Assembly (NCBI GenBank): GCA_963707985.1
Contig: CAVPRW010000013.1
Span: 32,001 to 96,000, forward strand
Direction of reading: 5' to 3'
From: an uncultured Nitrospinota bacterium
GTDB lineage: Bacteria > Tectomicrobia > Entotheonellia > J063 > CAVPRW01
DNA: 64,000 bases
Shown here: piece after piece, positions 23,201 through 32,685 of the stretch
How the letters are laid out: each line of letters begins with the position of its first letter
Numbering within the stretch: the first letter of the stretch is position 1
Notes under the pieces: generated by a model
Databases searched by the model: none
Seen by the model: only the letters and a program-made list of their open reading frames with translations
Told to the model about the DNA's origin: nothing
Program-made: the position numbers and the translations under genes

Positions 23201-23758
23201 TCGGTGATGACACTGTCGGCGGTCCATCAGCCTGCCCGATCCAGGGGCGCCGGCGTTGCCGCCGACAAACAGGCCGACGCGCAGCCCGTGGAAGGCCGGC
23301 GTGCTGGCGATGAAGCGGGCAAAGCGCCGCGCCTGGTCCATGGCCAGGGCGTTCATCGGGTAGATGACCAGCGCCTTGATGCCGCGCTCGCCGGCCTGAC
23401 GCGCCCGCGCGCAGTGGTCCAGCATCGGGTAGACGAAGCATTCCGTTTTGCCGCTGCCGGTGCCGGTGGCGACCAGGGTGTGCGCCGCCAACCGATCGCT
23501 GGCCAGACGCTGCCAGGCCTCGCGCTGGTGTGTGTAGGCGGGGCATTCGGTCTGGAAGCCGCTGAAAAAATCCCGGCCGGCGCTGTCATGCCGGAAGGGC
23601 AGGCCGATCTGCAGGTACGGCCCTTTCATCCAGGCCGGTTCGTTGTCGACGAAGCGACGCATGACCCCATGGAAGAAGCCATCGGCTGGCTCGAAGCCGG
23701 TGATCAGGAACTGCTTGATGCCCTGTTGGATGTCGCGCGCTAGGAGTGAGGGGAGCAT
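17290..23758 (-). pseudogene. Large YprA/DUF1998 SF2 DEAD/DEAH helicase (~2150 aa), split by about 6 frameshifts
   Basis: Consecutive frames give ATGTGSGKTE, YPMNALA.DQ, LTNYKMLDYLL, VVDELH, TSAT, ATPTLEMGVDIG, QRVGRAGR, DUF1998 LYDSVPGGTGY..C.C..DGCYRC and a KPDFV..FCDGW nuclease-like tail. Shifts near 23222, 22535, 21680, 20645, 18310 and 17820. Confidence 0.88.
21719..21754. repeat. REP-like hairpin repeat inside the helicase gene
   Basis: CCCTCTCCC-TGT-GGGAGAGGG-TTGGGGTGAGGGG is a perfect 9-bp stem. A degenerate second copy lies at 58197-58231. Confidence 0.7.
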
Positions 23759-23856
23759 GGCTTATCCCTGGGGTTGCATGGTTGGAGGTCGTTCCCTACA
23801 AGCCTAATGCAAGACGCAACCGTTGATTGCCTTCGTGTATGAGCGACTGATCTCCC

Positions 23857-24120
23857 TCACCTAATACCTGCAGCACGAGGTCTTTGTGAAGTAAGGCTAA
23901 TTTGTGCATTCTGAGCACGGAGCGACGCTTCCAGTCCTGTTTTCAGAAACGACGCATGCCCAGGTTCCAGAATGAAATCCGTGCGGAGAAGCTCCTCCGG
24001 CATGGCAGAGGAGATGAGCAGGCAGACCACGTCTTCCAGACGGGGTAGAAGATCGTCCTCCACTTCCGCTCGTTCTTGCGGCGTCATTTCCTCAAGTAGC
24101 TGCGCGAGCTTTGGGGACAT
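23857..24120 (-). pseudogene. Fused TA remnant: antitoxin-like N-terminus joined to PemK/MazF-like fragment
   Basis: GGAGG RBS and MSPKLAQLLEEMTPQERAEVE (antitoxin-like), followed directly by EDVVCLLISS...TDFILEPGHASFLKTGL (MazF-like middle). Confidence 0.5.
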
Positions 24121-24136
24121 AACGGCACCTCCTGTT

Positions 24137-24532
24137 TCACGGAATGAAAATCCGTCCAGTGCCCAAGTACTGCTCTATCTCCAGGCCAATTTCGACCAGG
24201 CGGACGACGCAGCGCTCGCGGTAGGATCTTTCCCTAAGGCGCTCCACCCTCCCAATCGTGATGACCGGCAGAGACGTCGGCGTGTTCTCCTCCCGAATGG
24301 TGTGTTCGAGCGAGTCCTCGTCGTTCATGTTGCGGTTGTGCGTGAGAAGCATCATGCCGTGGGTCTGTGCGAACCGCCACACCGTTCGATCACTGCTGTC
24401 CACTGGTAAGCCCACTCGGGCAAACGTGACCAATTGGAGGGAACAAAGCTCCAGCCAGCCTTCCGCCGCGAGACTGCCCCAGAGGATCAGAACCTGCCCT
24501 TCAATATCCTGGTCAACGAGAATCGTGTTCAC
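24137..24532 (-). CDS. DUF5615 PIN-like toxin
   Basis: GTG start overlapping the DUF433 stop; ILVDQDI, GL..DSSDRTVWRFAQ..MLLTHNR. Confidence 0.78.
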   Translation of the reverse strand: MNTILVDQDIEGQVLILWGSLAAEGWLELCSLQLVTFARVGLPVDSSDRTVWRFAQTHGMMLLTHNRNMNDEDSLEHTIREENTPTSLPVITIGRVERLRERSYRERCVVRLVEIGLEIEQYLGTGRIFIP

Positions 24533-24900
24533 TCCATGCCGAGCCTCGCCTTCACGGCTTGTAACTTGGCGCGCAGCTTTTCTTGCCCTGGTTTGGGAGG
24601 CGTATATGCCATTTGCTCGAGACGTTGACGATTCCGCGTGTCCCAATATTGTCGATTTTCCTCAGCGTGTTGGAGTACAGCGCGATATTCTTGCTCTACT
24701 TCATCACGGTGTGTCTCAATATAGTTCATCACATCGGTCATCTGCTTTTCAGTAAGACTGAACTCATCACGAATCAAATGCGGCGGCCATCCCGCTTCGA
24801 GGTAATCCATAATACTGTATAGTGTCAGCCGACGACCGGCTATCGATAACCCGCGGTTGGTGCGGACAACAGTCGGTTGTGGAGTTGCCTTTTCGGTCAT
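24529..24900 (-). CDS. DUF433-domain antitoxin
   Basis: RGLSIAGRRLTLYSIMDYL.AGW...F.LT..Q...MNYI..HRDEVE. Confidence 0.82.
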   Translation of the reverse strand: MTEKATPQPTVVRTNRGLSIAGRRLTLYSIMDYLEAGWPPHLIRDEFSLTEKQMTDVMNYIETHRDEVEQEYRAVLQHAEENRQYWDTRNRQRLEQMAYTPPKPGQEKLRAKLQAVKARLGME

Positions 24901-24963
24901 AGATTTGCTCTCTTCCCTGGTCTATGCCGTGACCTTCGGATTAGAAATCTAATTCTGTCTCGC

Positions 24964-25317
24964 TCATTCGGGGTGAGCGAGTGCCTCTTGCACCGCTTGG
25001 GGATTATGGGCAATAACCTTCAGAAGCGTGCGAGCCGCGCGATCTGGAAAGAACCGACCTTGTTCCCAATCGCGCACGACTGACAGCGATAAGCCGAAGG
25101 TTTCAGCAAACTGTTTCTGAGAGAGATGTAACTTCTCTCGGATGGCTTTGATATTGGGCACGCGCTCAAACTGCGCTAACGGTTCCTCAGTTAGCGGTTG
25201 GGCATCCGGATCAGCGAAAGCGGCTGCTTCAACATCCGCGTCAGTCATGGCATCGAGACGTGCCCGTTGCTCAGGCGTTAAGGTCGGCTGGTGATCCGGA
25301 CCAAGTTCAAATTTCAT
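24964..25317 (-). CDS. XRE/HTH_3 antitoxin or transcriptional regulator
   Basis: LDAMTDADVEAAAFADPDAQPLT plus IKAIREKLHLSQKQFAETFGLSLSVVRDWEQGR.FPD.AARTLL. Confidence 0.85.
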   Translation of the reverse strand: MKFELGPDHQPTLTPEQRARLDAMTDADVEAAAFADPDAQPLTEEPLAQFERVPNIKAIREKLHLSQKQFAETFGLSLSVVRDWEQGRFFPDRAARTLLKVIAHNPQAVQEALAHPE

Positions 25318-25450
25318 GATATTGTCTTCGTTCACGAGGGGTCACCTTCCGTGCCGAAATAAGACGTATACTGTCCCGACGATACGTAAACACCACCAAG
25401 AGCAGCAAGTTTTCTACTATCCCGATTGCCTGGTAGCGGGATTCCTCGGG
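25307..25450 (-). pseudogene. brnT: BrnT-family toxin, C-terminal fragment
   Basis: EESRYQAIGIV..LLLLVVFTYR.DSIRLISARKVTPRERRQY; the N-terminus is absent. Confidence 0.8.
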
Positions 25451-25469
25451 AGATGAAGTAATTGGCCAT

Positions 25470-25745
25470 CTAAAAACGCTCATCGCGTTCTGCAATCACG
25501 ACATCCGCCATCGACCCAGGAATTTTCGAGAGCATCTGCTGTACGTCCCCTAAGCTGGGGACTTGCTCCCTTGCCTACTCGGCATACCACTGTCTCACGT
25601 CTTCGTCTTCGACGAATGCCGCCAGCTCCGCACCATTCTGCGGGAGAAGAAACATCAAATGCTGGCCTTCCCTCAGCTCCAGCTCCAACGGTGCAGCGGG
25701 ACGAAAAACGCCATTGGTATAAATCACTTCGATGTGCTTTGCCAT
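25470..25745 (-). pseudogene. DUF104-like antitoxin with internal TAG; followed by 5 codons (MANYF) of a deleted PIN toxin
   Basis: MAKHIEVIYTNGVFRP...WYAE*AREQVPSLGDVQQMLSKIPGSMADVVIAERDERF, with the in-frame TAG at 25575-25577. ATG GCC AAT TAC TTC starts at 25469. Confidence 0.72.
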
Positions 25746-25997
25746 ACGTCTCCATCCCGCCACCATCTGCATACGGCCTCGTGGTGGGTGTTTTTCTGCA
25801 GCTCATGCTTGCCCCGTTTGCAGACGGAACAAGGGACCACAGCACCTGCCCACCTCACCACAACACCTTGACCGGATAGTGTGCAAAGACCGGATCATGG
25901 CTGATGAGCGTTGCCTCTTCAGCATTGGCTTGGGCGATCAACAGCCGGTCGAAGGGATCCTTATGATGTGCGGGTAAGCCCTGCAAAGCCAAGACAT

Positions 25998-27656
25998 CAG
26001 ACCTGACCGGTGATGAGAAGGAAGGAGTGCGGGCAGAGCGCTTCTCATGCCGTTGCATGACGGTGTGGAGCAGCCGAAAAGGTGGTCGTAAATTCGCAAT
26101 CAACATCTAACCTCCTCGGTTAAAATCCATCGGAGGACCGCCGACCAGCGGGCATTGACAAGTCCGATCTCTCTTAACCAAGGAGGTTGTGATGACCACA
26201 TCGTACCGGAAATTCTTGGAGCGATCGCAGAAGGGCTTGCGTCGCATCTTACGTAAGCCGGCCTGGGATTTCAACCGGTTCCTCGCTGACCCGCGGCAGC
26301 GGAAGGGACGTCGGTGGCAGTTGCCGACCTTGATGCGGGCCTTGTTGTGTGGCTTCTTAACGAACCGAGGGAGTTTACGTGCGGTCGAGAGCTTGACCGA
26401 GTGTGGCTTTCACAAGCGCGTGCCCGACTCGACGCTCGACGATTTTGTGGGCAAGTGCTCGGGTGAGGTTGTGGCGGATTTGCGCCGACAACTGCACGCC
26501 CAAGTCCGCACGGACTGGCGCAGTAAAGCCCTCGAACCCGTGGGCTTGCCCTGTGGGGTGGTGGCCGTGGATAACAAGACCCTCTGGACGGGGCCCGTGG
26601 CGCAGGCCCACGATCCACAAGCACAAGTCGTGCATCCGAAAGACCGACCGGCCTATGCCCAGGTGAGAGCGGTGCGCGCGGTGCTGCTGTCCGCCGCATC
26701 CAAACCGGCCATCGATCAGGTCGTCATCCGCGCCACGACCAATGAGGGCGGGATGTTTCCGGAGGTCTTGCAGGAGCTGGAAGCGACCTATGCCGCGCTG
26801 ATTGAGATCTACAGCCTGGATGCCGGGTTCTGTTCGCAAGCCAATGCACGGCTGATCGCGGCAGCACACAAAGGCTCTATCTTGGGGCTGAAGGGGCATC
26901 AGCCAGAGTTGTTCCGTGAAGCCGAGCGCGTGCTTGGGGTACAGACCCAACCGGAACAGAGCAGCACCTGGGAGTGCTATCAAGGTGAGCGGATCCGCGA
27001 TCATCTCTATCGTACCACTGAGATGGAAGCTTATCTGGACTGGAGCCATCTCAAACAGGTCTGGAGAGTCGAAAAAGAGATTCGCCATGGCACGACCGGT
27101 CAGCGCGAACGCGAGCATCGTTACTATCTGACGAACCTGCACCTGGGACGGCTCAAACCGGAGCAGATCCTGAATGTGATCAGGGGACACTGGGCCATCG
27201 AGAACCATGGCAACTGGACGATGGATGTGATCTGGGATGAAGACAGCAAGGTGTGGTGTGGACAAGGCCTCGGCATACAGGTGCTGGGATTATTGCGCTT
27301 GATGGCCTACAACTTGGTGTCATGGTTGCGGTGTCGCTACTTGCACCAACGAGAACAGACCAGAGCCGAGAAGAGACGATGGCAGGAGTGTTGTGAGGTG
27401 CTGTTTCTGCTCATCTGCCACGCTGGTAGGGACCTCTTTCCGCATAAGCAGACGACCGCAGGCATCTGAAGCCGCCCGCTGGTCGGCGGTCATGGCTGAT
27501 GGAATGGGGATCTTTGACAAGAACGCTGCAGCCACCTAACAGAGCGGACAGGCCATAGCCGCGCTGTGGTAGGGGAAGTGTCAGTGCGATCCGACACAGG
27601 ATTAATAAAGGGGCCTTGGCTCCTCGGGGGTACCTCTACGCAATATGTTCTCCGGT
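25998..27656 (+). mobile_element. ISAs1-family insertion sequence with 12-bp flanking direct repeat
   Basis: AAGCCAAGACAT at 25986-25997 and 27657-27668 flanks the element, which carries the transposase at 26189-27469. Confidence 0.82.
26189..27469 (+). CDS. ISAs1-family DDE transposase
   Basis: DPRQRKGRR, VAVDNKTL, SLDAGFC, LKGHQPEL, RYYLTNL and IRGHWAIENHGNWTMDVIWDED. Confidence 0.85.
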   Translation: MMTTSYRKFLERSQKGLRRILRKPAWDFNRFLADPRQRKGRRWQLPTLMRALLCGFLTNRGSLRAVESLTECGFHKRVPDSTLDDFVGKCSGEVVADLRRQLHAQVRTDWRSKALEPVGLPCGVVAVDNKTLWTGPVAQAHDPQAQVVHPKDRPAYAQVRAVRAVLLSAASKPAIDQVVIRATTNEGGMFPEVLQELEATYAALIEIYSLDAGFCSQANARLIAAAHKGSILGLKGHQPELFREAERVLGVQTQPEQSSTWECYQGERIRDHLYRTTEMEAYLDWSHLKQVWRVEKEIRHGTTGQREREHRYYLTNLHLGRLKPEQILNVIRGHWAIENHGNWTMDVIWDEDSKVWCGQGLGIQVLGLLRLMAYNLVSWLRCRYLHQREQTRAEKRRWQECCEVLFLLICHAGRDLFPHKQTTAGI

Positions 27657-27714
27657 AAGCCAAGACATGATTCAGATTGACAGGCAATATCTGGAGATTA
27701 TTGGTTTGTTGCTG

Positions 27715-29175
27715 ACGCTATTTGAAAAAACAGTTCCGCAATGATTCTTCACGGTCGCCCATACTAACTCGATCGGATTTAATTCAGGGTGGTGCACCGG
27801 CAGGAAAAGTACCTTATGTCCCTTTTCTTCAGCCAAAATCTCCACCATCGGCTTCTGATCACGATATCGATCCACCTCTTGCATAAGACGCGCTCGAAGC
27901 CATGGCTCTTCCCACGTGATCCCGTGATCCGTCAGCCATTTCTGAAGGACTGCCTTGCTCATCTGGCTTGGAACGATCGCGTCTCTCGAAACCATGTGAA
28001 AGGCACAGCGATCCAGGACAATCAGACTATGCGGCGGTAGATGCAGCAGTAACTGCTCTTTGAACCACTGCTGAAACATTTCCCAATCAAACTGACCATG
28101 ATCATCACCCCGGCTCTTCTTTGATTCAAACGTCAGGAAAGCTCCCTCTATGAGAGCGTTTTCATGCATCGCATGAATAAAACACCAGCGTCGTCCTTTC
28201 CCACTCAGCCGCTCGACAAAATCATTTTCTGAAAACCAGGAATACTGCCCTCCATGATGGTGATGCAGAAAACTCTCATCGACATAGACGACACGGTATC
28301 TCTTGTCAGGGGAAAGTTGACGATTCTTTCTGATGGCATAGAGATAATCATGCCGTTGCTGGCGCACTGCCGCTTTCTCTCGCAGGGAGCGCGGTCGGTT
28401 TTTCGTTCGTAACCAACAAAACCCCATGCGGCTCAAGTGCCGTTGGACGGTTCTTGCATGACACGGAGTGTAAGTCAGCGCGCGCGCAAGAGAATGGGGC
28501 GCACGCCCCTTGTTCATCCCTTTTCATGGGGGGGCACCACCAACATCTTGAGCAAGTTCGAATTCATCTTTGAGCAGCGCATGCACATGCCTGGCATGAC
28601 AGATCGTTCCTTGACGATGCTTTTCAAATACGCACTCACGAATCCGTCCTTCGGCGGGTACCGGAATGGCTGAGGGCTGTTGACGATTACCAGGAGATGT
28701 CAATACCGGCACCTGCCCCGTGTGCCTCACGGATGTTGCGATCGTCGCCACAAGACTGCGTGCAACACCTGTATACTTGCTGGTCAGACTATAGGGATCT
28801 TGCATCCGGGCGAAGGCGCCTTCTTGGTTCTCCTTTTCAACGGTTTCGAACACCTGTTGGACCATCCATTTTTCCTCATATGTCAGTGGTCTGCCTCGTT
28901 TCCGCGGACGTTCAAACCGTTGAAAAGTCGCATCATCCATATGCCAACCCTACTGAAAACATGAGGCCGTGGTGGTGACTTTAAACTATCTCAACAACAT
29001 TCATGGGGTACCGTACCCGCTCTCCGCCTCGTCACACCACACATAGCACGACCCTGCCGCAAGCAGCGGAGAAGCGGACCCCCAGCGATTGAATACGCCA
29101 CAGCAGGGAAGACAGAGTAAACGAAGTAGAGAAAAACCTCAATACTTCATTCTATTCTTTGCTGTCGGGGACAAT
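27715..29175 (-). mobile_element. IS630/Tc1-like element, two-frame transposase, 3' truncated
   Basis: ORFs 28524-28940 (N-terminal) and 28517-27715 (YVDES, IVLDRCAFH, LPVHHPELNPIELVWA). The DDE ORF runs straight into vapC sequence after TVFSN. Left boundary approximate. Confidence 0.8.
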
Positions 29176-29366
29176 AGTAATTACCTCTGCCAAGGGGAGA
29201 TGTAGGTGTAGTTTATCCAGTTGCAGCTTAATTTGCATCTCCCAGGCACTGGCCACACTGAGGAGCAGAAGATTCGTCCGATCCTGACAGGCCGCTCGGG
29301 CGCGTGGAGAGAGCTGGTCCGGAGCACTGTCCCACCAGATGAAAGCATGCGTATCCAAGAGCACCT

Positions 29367-29603
29367 TCATGGCGCGCCTGTCCAGAATTCCTCAGGCAAT
29401 GGTTCGTCGAAGTCCTCGCTGGTCCAGATGGCACCAGGGTGTAATCCGGCGACGCGCGGTGTGGTAGCTCCCCCCATGGGCACGATGCGTGCGAGTGGTG
29501 TACTGCCTTCCGTTAAGATAATTTCTGTCCCAGCGCTCACCAACGATAAGAGCTCGATCAGGTGAGTCTGGGCCTCGTGTACGTCAACGGTTTTCGTCTG
29601 CAT
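29367..29603 (-). CDS. Phd/YefM-type (VapB) antitoxin with DUF2281-like tail
   Basis: TVDVHEAQTHLIELLSLV.AG.EIILTE..PLARIVP...RVAGLH.GAIW.SEDFDEPLPEEFW; ATGA overlap with vapC. Confidence 0.87.
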   Translation of the reverse strand: MQTKTVDVHEAQTHLIELLSLVSAGTEIILTEGSTPLARIVPMGGATTPRVAGLHPGAIWTSEDFDEPLPEEFWTGAP

Positions 29604-29630
29604 GGTGTATCCTCCGCCTCTACGATGCAG

Positions 29631-29659
29631 ATTCTAGGACAAAAACAACGGGACGTAAA
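29631..29659 (-). promoter_or_regulatory. Putative sigma70 promoter of the Phd-VapC cassette
   Basis: Minus strand TTTACG-17 bp-TAGAAT, upstream of the GGAGG RBS. Confidence 0.5.
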
Positions 29660-29679
29660 GGAAAGCTGGAAAACACGAC

Positions 29680-29830
29680 GACAACCTATTGTTTGGTATT
29701 CAATGTCGCGCGCCGGGAGTGGGGATAGCATAGGTTATTCTGGAAGGGAGTTATGGGCCGTCGTCTGCAGCGCGCCCAGTGTCTCAAAAAAGGCCCAGGC
29801 AATGCGGTAGTCGTCCTCGCGGCTGGCGCG
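29680..29830 (-). repeat. Junction repeat R1 (MTase 3' end + helicase start + shared tail)
   Basis: 29783-29830 matches 32809-32856 (3 mismatches in 48 nt by hand). Then AATAACCT-ATGCTATCCCCACTCCCGGCGCGCGACATT (ATG 29731) resembles the helicase start at 23758. Confidence 0.9.
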
Positions 29831-29851
29831 CTGGTACGGACGGAGCCCGGA

Positions 29852-30340
29852 CTACCTTTCCCCGACCGCCTGTATGACTCGCTCATACAATCGGGAACTG
29901 ACCCAGAACCCTGCCCGAGTGATTAAATCGTCGAGGACCGGTTTGAGAAGCGGCACCAGGGCCTTGTGCTTCGCCTCGACCAACACTCCAAGGACGCCCA
30001 CCACATTGAGCCCCAGCCGGCTCGCCACTGCCCGGGCACGCCGCTCATCGATCAGGACCACGTCTGCGTGAAGTTCCACCGCCAGGGCAATCGCTGCGGC
30101 TTCGCCATGATCCAACTCGCCTTGCAAAGCACGCACGACCATCTCGTTCTGCACCGGTTGGGAGACGATCCACTCCAGCGTCCGGACTTCTGCAGCGCCG
30201 GGCAGCTCTGCGTCGCTGTCGGTGAGTTCCTGGTAGACTGCGTCCGGGATGAGGACCCGCTCGTAGAGGTGCTTGAGCAGCTCCAGGTGCCCGATCACTG
30301 CCAGACTGATAAGCGGTGAAGCATCACTGACCACGATCAC
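29852..30340 (-). CDS. DUF3368 PIN-domain toxin
   Basis: MIVVSDASPLI.L..IG.L.LL, LDHGEAAAIALA, VLIDERRAR..A..LGL..VGVLGVL. Confidence 0.9.
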   Translation of the reverse strand: MIVVSDASPLISLAVIGHLELLKHLYERVLIPDAVYQELTDSDAELPGAAEVRTLEWIVSQPVQNEMVVRALQGELDHGEAAAIALAVELHADVVLIDERRARAVASRLGLNVVGVLGVLVEAKHKALVPLLKPVLDDLITRAGFWVSSRLYERVIQAVGER

Positions 30341-30582
30341 AACCGGCCCAACCGCTGCAGGGTCTGCAAGTCTTCCTCGAAGTCAGTCACGTCGTAATGG
30401 ATGGGAATCTGACGACTCGCCAAGAGGTGCTGGAACTGGAGCCGACTCAGCTCTGCGAACCGACTCGCCTGGGCGAGGGTGAGCTTATCGCGCTGGAACA
30501 GGAGTATGGCAATTTCCTGGCGCAATTCCGCCTCGGATATCCGCGCCGACTGTAGTAGCCCATCTGGTATCGTAAGACTCAC
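30337..30582 (-). CDS. UPF0175-family antitoxin
   Basis: GTG start after GGGAGA; SEAELRQEIAILLFQ..KLTLAQAS..AELSR..FQHLLA.R.IPIHYD...FEEDL. Confidence 0.88.
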   Translation of the reverse strand: MSLTIPDGLLQSARISEAELRQEIAILLFQRDKLTLAQASRFAELSRLQFQHLLASRQIPIHYDVTDFEEDLQTLQRLGRL

Positions 30583-30625
30583 GTTGATTCTCCCATCGGT
30601 GATGCGAGGTCCGCTCTTTTCCCAG

Positions 30626-31021
30626 ACATCTGACGACATATGGAATGGCCTTACATGTCACGTGCCGAATAGCCGTACATGTCAGCCGCGCGCAGGTGTG
30701 AGGGCAACATCGGCTTAGCCCGGTGTAAAAGCGTCTGGCGGTCGGTAATCGTCCTCGCGGCTGGGCGCGCAAAAAACGACCCAGGCCGTAAGATATGGGC
30801 GGTGGGCAGGGTTCGTCCTGCGCCGGCTGGCGCGGGCGTCGGAAGGGCTGCTCACCCAGCGCCTGGTCTTCCAGCATCCGTGCCTCCGGCAGGGTGAGGC
30901 GCGCTCTGGGTTGCGAGGTGCCGCCCTTGCGCGGCAGGCCGACGCCGACCAGGCCCTTGCTGTTGGTGAAGATGATGCGGCCGTGAATGTCGTACCAGAT
31001 ATCGCGCTCGTACTGCTACAT
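30626..31021 (-). repeat. Junction repeat R2 (about 300 bp of MTase 3' end + helicase start + shared tail)
   Basis: 30907-31021 matches 33021-33135 (6 mismatches in 115 nt by hand) and becomes more degraded downstream. GCTAAGCCG-ATGTTGCCCTCACACCTGCGCGCG at ATG 30710. Confidence 0.92.
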
Positions 31022-31045
31022 AACTCGGTTGCTTGTCGTTGCTCT

Positions 31046-31465
31046 TCAGGGACGCGGGGTCTCGAGCATCAAAGCCTGAAAGCCTGCCTGCACAAAATGC
31101 TGGTCAAAGGTCAAGGCCTGATGTACTCCTGTTTCGCGCATCGCCACGAACGAAACGCAGTCCACGAGTCCCTACGCCTTATCTTGATGCGATCTGTACA
31201 ATGCAAAGCCTTGTGCGAACAGATCCGGAGTGAGGGGCACCACCTCCACTTCCTCTGCGGCCAAGAACCGGGCGATGATCTCAACGGCCTCCTGCTTGTA
31301 GCTCCGAGCCAGGGCGTTTCCAATCTCCAGGAGTACCGCGTCCGTCACCAGTAAGGGATGACCTTCAAACTGCTCCGACAAGTCGAGCGCTTGTTGGTGA
31401 TATTGATCCCGGCGGTTAATCAAGGCTATCACGAAGAGCGTATCAATGAATATCCGGTTCGGCAC
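31046..31465 (-). pseudogene. vapC: VapC PIN toxin with in-frame TAG
   Basis: NRIFIDTLFVIAL..RRDQYH...VLLEIGNAL...DKA*GLVDCVSF..M....ALTFDQHFVQAGF. TAG at 31172-31174 sits where W is usual. Confidence 0.85.
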
Positions 31466-31670
31466 GCTTCTCCCCACTCACATACTGATCGAGATTGGCG
31501 GCAAAGTCTGGGGGCGCATCGATTTGAATATTCCGCAGGGTGGCCATCAAACTCCGTGGCTTTGCGTGTCGTTTGGAATCGATGAACTGTTTGATGACGG
31601 TGTACAGCGCCTCGAGGTCTTCGTCACTGAGGGTATCAAGCTCTGCTTGAATCAATTCTTTTGTTGACAT
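31443..31670 (-). CDS. Putative antitoxin (DUF2281-like)
   Basis: 75 aa with AGGAGG RBS, MSTKELIQAELDTLSDEDLEALY...IQIDAPPDFAANLDQY; overlaps vapC. Confidence 0.78.
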   Translation of the reverse strand: MSTKELIQAELDTLSDEDLEALYTVIKQFIDSKRHAKPRSLMATLRNIQIDAPPDFAANLDQYVSGEKRAEPDIH

Positions 31671-31690
31671 ACTGCCTCCTTAGCGGAAGG

Positions 31691-31719
31691 AGTCTAGCAT
31701 ACACCGAATAGCCTTGTAA
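31691..31719 (-). promoter_or_regulatory. Putative sigma70 promoter of the second TA cassette
   Basis: Minus strand TTACAA-17 bp-TAGACT with TG extension. Confidence 0.45.
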
Positions 31720-31754
31720 GTTGTGATCTTGCGGGCTTTTCTCTGAGAGCATGG

Positions 31755-31850
31755 CATCTGACAACATATGGTATGACATTGTATGTGGCGCGCAGGGGTG
31801 AGGCCATCATAGCTTATCTCTGTGTCGAGGTGTTGGAGGTTACCTGCAAC
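31755..31850 (-). repeat. Junction repeat R3 (helicase leader/start + shared tail)
   Basis: Minus strand ACCTCCAACA...GATAAGCT-ATGATGGCCTCACCCCTGCGCGCCACATACAATGTCATACCATATGTTGTCAG (ATG 31810) aligns with R4 and with the helicase leader. Confidence 0.85.
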
Positions 31851-31978
31851 ACCTCAGACATTACAGGAGTCCCCACGGCAGCATCGGAAAGCTAGTACGG
31901 GGCATACATGGCTGATTTGAAGCGATTTCTGGTTTATCCATGCATTTGTCCAGCCGCACTGGTTCTGAACAACCCTTA

Positions 31979-32419
31979 CTAGGCATTCTCGTCCGCGACC
32001 TCTTCCTCAGTGGCCTGTAAAAACTCTGCGGCGGTCATAATGGCGATATCGCGGAAGGGATGCAAGACCAGCAGATCGGCATCGCCACTAATAAGATAGG
32101 CGGCTCTTCCGTTGACCGCCAACTCGAGAAACTTATCATCCTTGGCATCTCGGCACGCGTGCACCTCTTCCGTTGGCTCCATGAAGAGCGCTCGTTCCAC
32201 AAAGGCTACAAGAAATTCTTCGCGCTCGGCCGCGGTCACATAGCGCGCAAACTTCTCACGCTGGAGCACCTCGGCTAATTCCTCTAGGGTCGAGGAGGAC
32301 AACAGCACGCGACCACGGCTTAGAGCACGGCGCAAAGCTTGCCCTGGTGTTGAGTGCTCAAACAATACGGCACTGACCAAGGTATTCGTGTCGAAGACGC
32401 AACGTACGCTCTCACTCAT
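31979..32419 (-). CDS. PIN-family toxin (PIN_3-like), intact
   Basis: RCVFDTNTLVSAV, TLEELAEVL.R.KF, CRDAKDDKFLELA, LISGDADLLVLHPF. Confidence 0.9.
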   Translation of the reverse strand: MSESVRCVFDTNTLVSAVLFEHSTPGQALRRALSRGRVLLSSSTLEELAEVLQREKFARYVTAAEREEFLVAFVERALFMEPTEEVHACRDAKDDKFLELAVNGRAAYLISGDADLLVLHPFRDIAIMTAAEFLQATEEEVADENA

Positions 32420-32645
32420 TGAGCAGCGATTCCAGGATCTCTGGTGTGAGGCCCCGCGCTTCCGCTTTGCGGCTCATCTCACTCATGATTTCTTCCAACG
32501 GTCGTGTGGTCCGCGCCACCTCGGTAAGTTTCAGGCTCAGCAATGCTTCGAGTTGCCGCTGTTGTTCAGCCGTCGCGGTGTTGTAGACACGGGCCGCTTC
32601 CGGGCTGACACGAATGGTAATGGTCTGTGTTTCCATAGGCTCCAC
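32412..32645 (-). CDS. Putative antitoxin
   Basis: METQTITIRVSPEAARVY...LEEIMSEMSRKAEARGLTPEILESLL; overlaps the PIN toxin start. Confidence 0.75.
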   Translation of the reverse strand: MEPMETQTITIRVSPEAARVYNTATAEQQRQLEALLSLKLTEVARTTRPLEEIMSEMSRKAEARGLTPEILESLLNE

Positions 32646-32685
32646 CCTTGACTACATTGCCGTATTGTTCTGACATGTGTAAACC

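Larger units (their letters stand above)
25855..29370 (-). pseudogene. vapC: VapC PIN toxin split into three pieces by two IS insertions
   Basis: 29370-~29176 MKVLLDTHAFIWW...LAEVIT; 27714-27657 QQQTNNLQILPVNLNHVLA; 25997-25855 VLALQGLPAHHKDPFDRLLIAQA...YPVKVLW. Confidence 0.85.

Noticed and set aside
25750..25850. Possible fifth junction repeat (GGGGCAAGCATGAGCTG on the minus strand)
   Set aside because: Similarity to the helicase leader is too short to distinguish from chance.
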